A stretch of 63,945 nt of DNA, filler included, from Reclinomonas americana ATCC 50394 (lineage: Eukaryota): NCBI GenBank assembly GCA_048213135.1. It is 9 parts of 5 records of this genome, joined end to end, with 100 filler letters (N's around TTAATTAATTAA, not from the genome) between each part and the next. Parts side by side here need not be neighbours in the genome. Positions count along the whole stretch, not along the records: positions 1 to 14,848 come from PS015199.1; positions 14,949 to 20,482 come from PS015200.1; positions 20,583 to 32,718 come from PS015200.1; 6 more parts are not named here. One strand, 5' to 3'. Shown here one piece after another: positions 13,136-22,502 of the stretch. The notes beneath the pieces were generated by a model that saw nothing but the letters and a program-made list of their open reading frames with translations, ran no database searches and was not told the origin of the DNA. A program made the translations under genes and the position numbers. Each line of letters begins with the position of its first letter. Position 1 is the first letter of the stretch.

Positions 13136-14421
13136 TCACCGTGCTGGATGCTTCGGCAAATCTGTATTGCAGAGACTATGAGACAACAATACAGTCCAGA
13201 GATGATACTTCTCGTGTCCTCATCCATCTTCTTCCTCATCCTGTCTTCCTCCCTCCTTCCTTGTCTTTCCTCATTCTATTCCTCTCCTCCTCTTCACTCT
13301 CTTCGTAAACCACCAATTCCTTCTTCTCTTCATTCTCCTTCTTCTCCTGCTCTCCCCTATTCCACACCTGCCTTTTTCTTCTCCTCTTCTCTTCCTTCGC
13401 CCCTACTTCCTGTTCTTATTCCACACCTTCTCACACCATATCTTTCCCGTTTTCTAGTTGGCATTCTTGTTCTCCTCTCTATCTTTCAGTTCTTCTTCTC
13501 TACATTCTCCATTTTCTCCTCCTCTCCTCTCCTCCTCTTTCTTTTCCACACCTGCCTTTTTCTCTTCCTTTGCCCCTTCTTCTGTTTTTTCTTCCACACT
13601 TTCTCACGCCATATCTTTCCCGTGTTTCTTCTCTTCACCTCCCTTTCCTTTCTTCCTCCCTTCTCCTGTGTCCCCCCACCCCCTCAACACTCACCCAACA
13701 TGGTGCGCACAAGATCCGTGTTGACGCTGACGGCCAGCGGCAAATCCGTCGGGTCGTACACATCGAGCACGCGGCACAAATCGATGAGCAGCTTGCGGCA
13801 CGAGGTCACCGGCAAGGCGGCAATACGCTTGCTGCGCAACTGCGCCAGTGCCACCAGTGCATCCTCCACCTCGGCGGCTCGTGCGGTCTGCCGCGCCAAT
13901 GCGTCCACCCACAAGTGGCGCCGCTTGTTCAGTCGCCGCCGGAATCCGTCGCTGTAGCCGCGACCAGCGGTACGCCGGCTGCGACCCCAATGCTCCGGCA
14001 CAAAGTCGATCTTGGCGTACTGCGCATCCATAAAGTCGTCCACATTCGGCTCGTCGTCCTTGCCGTGCTGACTGGCGGTGGCGGCGACTTCGTGGTGGTG
14101 CTTTTGAATAATGTCGGCGGCGCGATCGACCAGGTACCGGCGCAGGAGACGGTGAGCGCGCTTCACGGCCTGCACGCTGCGATCCACGTCGGCAAACGAC
14201 TGCCTCTCCTTTTTCGTGTAGTGTTTGAAGATGCGCTCGGCCTCGGCCAGCGTGCGCTCCACCTCGGCGTCCTTGACGCGAAGCAGCTAGGAAAAGGGGT
14301 AAGGGGGGAGAGTGAGCGGGAGAGGGGAGGGAAGAGGAGGGAGGGGAGACGCAACTCGTTCGCAGCGTTCGCGCTCCATCTCAAAGAGGCGTGTCCAGTG
14401 TTCGGGCGATGGTTGGCTCTC
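13136..14421 (-). CDS. Coiled-coil protein of unknown function (5'-partial)
   Basis: Exons 14421-14356, ~14286-13695 and 13161-13136 splice in frame: ...FEMERERCER/LLRVKDAEVERTLAE...RTML/DLPKHPAR*. Confidence 0.7.
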
Positions 14422-14740
14422 CTGCGGAGATAACAGAAGGGGTGAACGAACAGGAAAGACGGGGAAGGCGAAGGGAAGAAAAAGGAACAGGGGTAGTATG
14501 AGGCCAAAAGAGAAAGGAACAGGGGAGGAAAACTGCAAGGTAACTGGGAAAAAGGGAACAGGGGCAAGTGAAAGGGATGAAAGCAAAACGGGGGGAGCGA
14601 CAAGAAAAATATGAGGCGAATAGGTGGATGAACAGGGGAAGGACGCTTCTTGACAGGTTGCCACTGAGCAGCATTCTTGCTCTTTCTTGCTGTCACTGGA
14701 TCCAAAGTTGTGGTTTTTCTCTCAATCTCATTCACGCACA

Positions 14741-14741
<1 letters not shown>

Positions 14742-14821
<80 letters not shown>
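14742..14821. repeat. (CA)n microsatellite
   Basis: Directly visible. Confidence 0.97.
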
Positions 14822-14823
<2 letters not shown>

Positions 14824-14848
14824 CTACCTACTACCCTCCCTCCCTCCT

Positions 14849-14948
14849 NNNNNNNNNNNNNNNNNNNNNNNNNNNNNNNNNNNNNNNNNNNNTTAATTAA
14901 TTAANNNNNNNNNNNNNNNNNNNNNNNNNNNNNNNNNNNNNNNNNNNN
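14849..14948. other. Artificial 100-nt contig spacer
   Basis: 44 N + TTAATTAATTAA (stops in six frames) + 44 N. Confidence 0.98.
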
Positions 14949-15480
14949 GTCTCTCCCCCTCTTCGTCTCTGTCTCTCTCTCTCTCTCTCCTCGAGCTCAG
15001 TCTCCTTCAGTCTCGCTCAGTCTCACTACCTGTCGCTGCCAGTCTCTCTCTGTCAGTCTCTCCCCCTCTCCGTCTCAGTCTCTCACTCTCTCATTTTGAG
15101 TCTCATGTTACTCCTTTTCTGCGCTCCCTCCCTCTCAACCCTGTTTCCTTCTCCCATCATTCTCAGTTTATGTCAGTCTCTCTCTCTCTCTCTCTCAGTC
15201 TCTCAGTCTCTCTCTCAGTCTCTCAGTCTCTCTCTCAGTCTCTCTTTTCAGTCTCTCTCAGTCTATCGCAGTCTCTCTTTTCAGTCTCTCTCAGTCCTCG
15301 CGGTCTCTCCCCTCTCTCTCATTCTCTGTCTCTCTCTTCCTCTGCTCCCTTCTCCGATCTCTCTCTCTCTCTCTCACTCTCTATCGCGTTCTCTCCCTCA
15401 GTCTCAGTCATCAGGTTTCTCCTTCGGTTCTGCACTCCTTCCCTCTCGTCTCTCTCTTCTAAGTCCACTGTGCGCCACAG

Positions 15481-16355
15481 GAAATCGTCAACGTGTTGAG
15501 AATGTTGGGCTTGAAGCGATCGCGACTTCAGGTGGAGAGGGCGGTGGCGGCGCATGAACGCGTGCAGGACTCGTTGCGTGTGTTGTATGAGCAGAGGTCG
15601 TTGAGTGCTTTGCTGCTCACGTCGCGCTGAGCAGTGGCCAGCGGCGGCATGCCGTCTTGTCGACGCTCATGGACGATGTGGAGCAGCGAGACGATGAACT
15701 GGGGCGGGAGTTGTCGCGTGTGGTACCGCGGTCGACGTGGGAGGGTGCGTCTTGCCATCATATGTGAGTGAGAGAGAGCATGGCGTGACTGTCTTGTCGC
15801 AGAGGATCGCCAGCCGTCCAGTCACGACAGCAGCGAGGGTGGGGCGCATGCGGAGGGTGCGTTGTATTCTGCTCACGATGTGCACGACTTGGGCGCGAGG
15901 TTGCTGGATGGCATGTGGGTGAGCGTCGAACGAAGAAGGGGCGGAGGGTAGGGAAGCTTCGCTTGCGCTTGTTCCGTCTTGCTCAGCGAAGGGTTTCTTG
16001 TTGGTCATCAGGCTCGCTCTTGTGCCCCACACTTTCTCTCCTTTACTTTTCATTCAGTCCCATTCTCTCGCTGCCTTCTCACGCTTCTCTTTTTTATCCA
16101 ATCTCCCTGTTCCTTCGCATTCTACATATCTCTCTGTCTTCTTCCAATTCTTCCATCGCTTCCTGCCTTCTCTCCATTCTTACTGACTTCTTACTCTACT
16201 CCCTTCTTTCTGCGTTTCACCCTGCATTACTACTCTACTTCTCTTCTCTCCCTTCTCCCTTCCTTCTCATTCTACATTTCTCTCTGTCTTCTTGCTTTCC
16301 TCCCATTGCTCCTGCCTTCTCTCCCTTCTCTTCTCTCCCATCTCTCCTTTCGTTC

Positions 16356-16400
<45 letters not shown>

Positions 16401-16421
16401 CTCACTCCACTCTCTCTCCTC

Positions 16422-16473
<52 letters not shown>

Positions 16474-18491
16474 CCTCACTCATCTCCCATCTCTCCCATT
16501 TCTCCCCGCACTCTCTCACCTTTCTCCTTTCCTTGCCCTCTTGCCCTTAACTCCCATCGCTTCTTGCACTCTTTCTCTTCTCTCCCTTCTCACCTGCATT
16601 CCCTTTCCCTGCTGTCCTCTGCCTTCTCAATTTACTCCCTTCTCTTCAATCTCTCCCTCCTTTCTCATTCTTCTCTCCCTTCTCTCCTCTGCCTCTTCAC
16701 TTTTCTCCATTCTCCCCCGTCTTTCCCTGCCTTCTCACTGCCTCTCATATTCTCTTTCTTCTCTTCTTGTTCTCTTCTGTCTCAGCCTGCCTTTTTGTCC
16801 TTCTCTCATCTCTTCATGTCTTCTCACTGTTCTCCCTTCTCCCCCCTTTCTCTCCCTTCTCCTCCTCCCTCCTCCCTCCCACCCCTTCTCCAACATAGAC
16901 CCTCGACCGCATCGTCCGCGACGCCGGCCCCTCCCTCGGCGCCGCTCTCGAAACCATCGAGACCGCCGACAGCGACGCCATCGACCGCCTGGTCAAGAAC
17001 CTGCGACAGGTTCGCGTTTCCACCCTCCCTCCACCACCTTCCTTCCTCCCCTCTCTCATCCCTCCACGCAGTCCCTAATGCTGCTGCGTGCCCACCGCCT
17101 CGCGGCCTTCTTCCCCGACGTGGACTTTGTCGAGGACTTTCGCACCACTTGTGAAATGTTCCGCGACCTCAACCCGGAACTCGTGCTCCACGAGATGATG
17201 CAACACAATGGCTCGAAAGATGAGGCCTCGGCAGCATTGTTGCGTGGCGTGCGTGTGTGTCACGGGCGTAGCTCTCTTCTATCATATGTCCTTGTGTTGC
17301 CTGGGCGGCCCAGCGGGCCCATGTGTTCGTGATTATTGTGTTTTTCGTCCGCGTGCTGATTGACACGCCACTGTGAATATCACCTTCTGGTTCTCACATT
17401 GTCACCTTCTGCGTCTCACGCTTCTGCTTGCCTTGATTCTCACTTGCGCTGCCACCTTCTGCATCTCACGCTCCTGCTTCCGCAGATCACAGCGCGTGAG
17501 GAGTGCCGTCGAACTGTTGCGCCACCTACGCTGTCTGTTCTCCTTGTCTCCTTCCTGACTGCATTGGTCTCGTGCAGTGACGGCCAGCTTGCCATGGCTC
17601 ATGCTGAAATGTTTGTCTCCTTCATTGCTTTGCCCTTATTCACTGCTCACCCACTGTTGCTCAGTGAGGACCTGCACCGTCAGCTGGAGATCGCGCGCCA
17701 GCAGCACGCGCAGCGCACTGCGCAACTGCTCCAACGACACTCAGATCTGGTGGGCCAAGTGCAGCAGTTGCGTAGAGAGCAGCCTATCCTGCTCTGCCAA
17801 AGCAGTGGAGGGTTTTTGCGATCACACTGTCGTTGAACGAGTAATTCCTAGAAGGAGTGCATGTCTGCACTTGGGAGAGAGACAGACAGACAGACAGAGG
17901 GAGAGAGAGAGAGAAGGACTGACAGACGGACAACAGACAGAGAGAGCGAGAGAGAGAGAGAGAGAAAGAGAGCGAGAGAGAGAGAGAGACAATATGTCTG
18001 TGCACTGGAGAGAGACAAAGAGAGACAGACAGGCAGACAGAGGGAGGAAGAGAGAGTGATACAGACAGACAGACAGACAGACAGAGAGGCAGAGAAAGAC
18101 AATATGTCCGTGCACGGGAGAGAAACAGACAGACAGACTGACAAACAGAGAGACCGACAGACAGACAGAGAGAGAGAGATAGAGAGTGAAGAGAGAGAGA
18201 GACATTGATAGACAGACTGTCAGTGCACGAGAGAGAGACAATATGTCTGTGCATGGGAAAGAGACGGACAGACAAACAGAGACAGACAGACAGACAGACA
18301 GAGAGATAGAGAGTGAAGAGAGAGAGAGAGAAAGAGAAAGAGACAATGTCTTTGCACGGGAGAGAGACAGGGAGAGAGACAGAGAGAGAGAGCGAGAGAA
18401 ACTGACAGACAGACTGTCAGTGCACGAAAGAGAGAGAGAGAGACAATATGTCTGTGCATGGAAGAGAGACAGAGACAAATAGACAGACAGC

Positions 18492-18528
<37 letters not shown>

Positions 18529-20320
18529 AAGAGACAATGTCAGTGCCCGAGAGAGAGACAATATCTCTGTGCACTGGGGAGAGACAAAGATTGACAGACC
18601 GGCAGACAAAGTGAGACTGACAGGCAGACAGGCGGAGAGAGAGAGAGAGAGACGGTGCTTGGAAGTGAAACAAAGAGAAAGGGAGGGAGAAGGTAATGCA
18701 ATATCAGTTGTCGATGGTGCGTGTGTTTGACAGCGCGAGTGCGAGCGTCAGAGGCTCGAGAAAATTAGATTGTGTGGGCGCGGCCTCTATTCACACTCTT
18801 CGTGCAGACTGCAAAAATCCGAAGTGGCCGTCGGCCTGGTGTATCCGCCATTCTGGTACGCTCGCAAATGCACATGCAGCTCCTCTCTCTTACCAACCCA
18901 CCCTCTGCTCACCCAGGGAACCAACCCCCGCTGCACCTATCCCCCTCATGGGCGGTGGCGCAGAGGGCACCGGCAGCGGCAGCGGTGGAAGCGTGCAGCG
19001 CGGCGTTCTCGTTCAAGTGCAGGAGCTCACCGACGAGTACGAAATGGTGCATCGATTATTCCGCGACTCAATCGCGCCCGATCACTGCAACAACCCAAAC
19101 AACCCGGGAGGCGGGTACTCGGATTTGCAGGTGGTCGGCGTGTTTCGCTTCCAGGTGCGGGGAGTGGGGAAGAGTGAGACGGGGAGGGGAAGGGACAGGG
19201 GGCGACAGGAGTGGAGCGACCGGAGTGGGGGGCGACAGAGGGGAGTGGAGAGCGATAGAGGAGTGGAGCACGACAGAGGAGTGGAGAGCGACAGTGAGGG
19301 AGAGCAACGGGGAGTGAGGGAGAGCAACAAGGAGGGGTCGATCAGGAGGGAGCAACGGCGAGAAAGCGGCAGCAGAAGCGTGAAGTTGCAAGAGTGAGCG
19401 AGAGAGAAACGCGATGAAATATTCCGAGCTGCCCGTTATATTTTATCCTGCTCCGCCTCTGCATCTCCAATCTTGCGTTCCGTCAGTTGTCTCTCTCTCT
19501 CTCTCTCTGCATTGGTGCGATGCTGATAGCAAGTTTGTTGTGCATTCTTCTGTCTTCTCGTCCTCCTCTTCTTCCTCTTCCCCCTCTTCCTCCTCTTCGT
19601 ATTCACCCTCTTCTCGTGCTCCTGCCCACTATATCCCCGCTTTCTGTCATCACTTCTCCCTTCCCCTCACCCCTCCTTCACCATACTTGCAGGACCCCCG
19701 CATGTGGCGCTGGTGGTACATGCGCGCCCAGGAGGTGGCCAAAGAGCTCGACTGTGAAGACGTGTTTGACGAGCGTGTATCGGAGCTCCTATGGCACGGC
19801 TCACGGCAGCCGAACCTCGTGCTGCTCAATGGCTTCGACGAGCGCTACTCACGAGACAAGGGCAACATGTGTTGCGTCCCTGCCTATCATTCTTCACGCA
19901 CTCGCTCTTCCTCATAATCTTGGTTGCAGGGGGCGCTGGCGTCTATTTCGGCAAGAACGTCACCAAATCCGACATGTATTCGCGCGGTGCTCACGAGCAA
20001 TGCAGTGAGCATCGCCGAAAGAACTGTTTGGAGTGCCCGCGTGAGGTGTTCTTGTGCCGCGTGATTTTGGGAAAGCGAGAGCGGGTGGCGACATGTTGCG
20101 TTTTTCTGCTGCACAATTACGAGGTTGGCATCTTGTTGACGCGGCGATACAGGGATGAGAGAGCACACGGAGCGCAAGACAGAAGCAGCCGGATATCACT
20201 CGTTGGAAGCACTGTTGCGTACGTCTTTTGTCATCCTCTGTTCTTTTGAGTGCCAACCTTTTCCTCCATGCAGGACCCACGCCAATGGCGGTTCAGTTTC
20301 CTTCCCAGAGTATGTCGTAT
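15481..20320 (+). CDS. CUE-like domain plus tankyrase-type PARP catalytic domain (partial at both ends)
   Basis: The spliced catalytic region reads LLWHGS...GFDERYS..GNMWGAGVYFGKNVTKSDMY...CSEHRRKNCLECPREVFLCRVILG...GYHSL...FPEYVV. This keeps the H-Y-E triad and the C-x2-H-x4-C-x2-C Zn motif of tankyrases. Upstream, EMFRDLNPELVLHEMMQHNGSKDEASAAL fits a CUE pattern. The join between 15856 and 16899 is unresolved. Confidence 0.85.
17870..18660. repeat. Intronic (GACA/GA)n array punctuated by GACAATATGTCTGTGCAC
   Basis: Anchor motif near 17988, 18098, 18237, 18342, 18442 and 18557. Confidence 0.9.
19871..19877 (+). promoter_or_regulatory. Shifted 5' splice site T|GTTGCGT
   Basis: Removing 19871-19929 restores the PARP motif GNMWGAGVYF. 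Confidence 0.88.
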
Positions 20321-20526
20321 GTTGCGTCGCCATGAAAGAGGAAATGAGTGAGAAGCGCCACGTAAGCACTCTTGTACTTGTCTTGGTGCATCCTCTCTGT
20401 CTCTTTCTGCCCATTTATAACTGTCTTGTTGCCATTGCCAGCAACGCATTTCGCTCCTCTGTTCTCTCTCTCTCTCTCTCTCNNNNNNNNNNNNNNNNNN
20501 NNNNNNNNNNNNNNNNNNNNNNNNNN

Positions 20527-20538
20527 TTAATTAATTAA
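20527..20538. other. Artificial spacer core TTAATTAATTAA
   Basis: Flanked by N runs. Confidence 0.98.
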
Positions 20539-20707
20539 NNNNNNNNNNNNNNNNNNNNNNNNNNNNNNNNNNNNNNNNNNNNGTACCGTACGTACGTACG
20601 TAAGTAACCGTACGTACCGTACGTACGGTACGGTCGGCGCGACGACGACGTCGTCGCGTCGTCGTCCGCCGCCGCGACGCGCCGTCTCTACTCGTGTCGT
20701 CCGTCGA

Positions 20708-20711
<4 letters not shown>

Positions 20712-20782
<71 letters not shown>
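20712..20782. repeat. (CA)n microsatellite
   Basis: Directly visible. Confidence 0.97.
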
Positions 20783-20786
<4 letters not shown>

Positions 20787-20827
20787 TTTTCGCTTTTTGC
20801 AATCTCTGACGTGGTGTTTCACCGCAG

Positions 20828-21031
20828 GCGGACACACTGGCGGCGGTTCGAGCTCGTGTGTTGACAAAACTCGGCAAATCCGAGGCCGAGACGCGGGCGT
20901 GGAAGCTGGTCGTCATGCAGCAAGCGCAGATTGTCGAACGGCCGAGCGACACTGCGCTGGTGCTGGACGCAGTCACGGCGGCCGAGGCGAATTCACGGGT
21001 CCGTGTTGTACTTGGAATTGAGCACCCATGA
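20828..21031 (+). CDS. Terminal exon resembling the last Ubl domain of USP7/UBP12-type deubiquitinases
   Basis: After CAG at 20825-20827 the frame reads ADTLAAVRARVLTKLGKSEAETRAWKLVVM...VLGIEHP*. This is similar to the USP7 C-terminal pattern (E.F..V..RI...L......F.K.KF...LGL[DE]H). It is not in the ORF track. Confidence 0.55.
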   Translation, partial: ADTLAAVRARVLTKLGKSEAETRAWKLVVMQQAQIVERPSDTALVLDAVTAAEANSRVRVVLGIEHP

Positions 21032-21251
21032 ATGGAAGGAGAAAGGAGTTCTGAGACACGTGCGATGAACGGAGGGGATCTGAGTGGAGTCCTCGGTCGC
21101 AATGTCGGAGGAGCAGCAGCAACAAGCAGCTGTCCTGATGTCCAAGTTCAAAACATCAACACAAAGACCAGACTTGGGGGTAGCAGCAGGTTTCTTATGA
21201 GTGTGTGTTCGCTCTCGCGAGCTCCGAACAAGTCGAGAACTGCGATCTTCA

Positions 21252-21391
21252 CCGCATAAGCGTGGTTGACCAGTGGATTTGACGCACTTGCATAGACGCA
21301 TAGCGTTTTCTGCGATCGTACACGGCACATAGAATTCGGGAAAAGGCCATAAGCCAGGCAAACAATGCAAAGATGGGTCCGGATCCGTGAA
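21252..21391. repeat. Dispersed ~140-nt repeat, copy 1
   Basis: CCGCATAAGCGTGGTTGA..GATTTGACGCACTTGCATAGACGCATAGCGTTT..GGGTCCGGA.CCGTGAA also occurs at 61199-61336 in the same orientation. Confidence 0.9.
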
Positions 21392-22502
21392 ACAAGCAAA
21401 GCAAAACCGGGTCCAGAGTGAGACGGAACAACGGTGAGCATGTCGTGATGTTGGTAAGGCTCATTAGTTGCCGTGCGCTGCTGCTGGAGGCCAAGTCCAC
21501 GCACATTAAGAGATGCCAAAGCGAGTGTCGCTGGCGATGAGAATTCATCACTTTTTTGCCCTCCCACTGTTGTCGCAAACTGATATCGAGAAGATCGCGA
21601 TCCAGAGAGAGAAAGCTCGAGTTGTTGGCATCTTTCTTTTCTTTCTCTTCTGCTTCTGTCTCGCACGCGCGCTCTCTCTCTCTTCTTCCTCACTCACGAA
21701 CTGAGAGGCCACTGGGAGATGTGAGACAGTGAAAGCCGCAGCAACTGGGATCGAGGACAGTCACTAGTCTGTGATCGTGTGTGTCTTTCTCTGTTCACTC
21801 TCTAATCCTCGCAAACTGGGAGACTCACTGGGAGACAGGAGACAGTGGCAGCAGCATCTGAGATCGGCGAGAGAGAGAGAGCCCGCTTTGTTGGCACTGC
21901 GATCCTTGCTCTCAGTGTTGTTTCTCTTCACAGGTGAGAAAGAAACAACAAAAGATGTGCGAAACATGCAGCAAATACCACTCTAACAATCACCACCCTT
22001 CTCCTTCTACACCAATACATGTTTCTGAATTCCTCCTGTCTCCCTTTCCCCCCTCACCCTTCTCTGTCCTATCCCTATTTCTCCGCCCTTCTTCCTCCCA
22101 CTCCCCACCCTTCTCCTTCGACATTTTTCTGAACCCGTCGTCTTCTCTTTCCCCCACCCTTCTCCTTCTTCTTCTTCTTCACCAATACATTATTTCTGCG
22201 CCCTTCTTCCACGCATCAACCCTCACCCTTTAATTTCTTGGTCCCACTGCTACATTGTTCTGAACCTCCCTTTCCCGCACCCTTTTCCTTCTTCTTCCCG
22301 AATACATTTCCGCGCCCTCCACCTCACCCTTCTCCTTCCTTTTCCTTCACCAATGCATATTTCTGTACCCGCCTTCCTCCCATCCTCCCCCTCACCCTTC
22401 TCCTTCTTTTTCCGTCACCAATACATTTTTCTGCGCCCTCCTTTCTCCCTTTCCCCCCACCCTTCTCCTTTCCCTCACCCTCCTTCTTCCCTGTCCCGCA
22501 GA

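Noticed and set aside
14893-14904. Recurrent TTAATTAATTAA as a biological motif or insertion site
   Set aside because: Always centred in 44 N + 44 N. It is a synthetic six-frame-stop linker.
19870-20273. Non-canonical TT...GG intron boundaries as an alternative reading of GTTGCG donors
   Set aside because: The ambiguity arises only where the next exon starts with G. Cases such as 49354, 38101, 29945, 34920 and 14355 have non-G next bases and fix the boundary as GT...AG.
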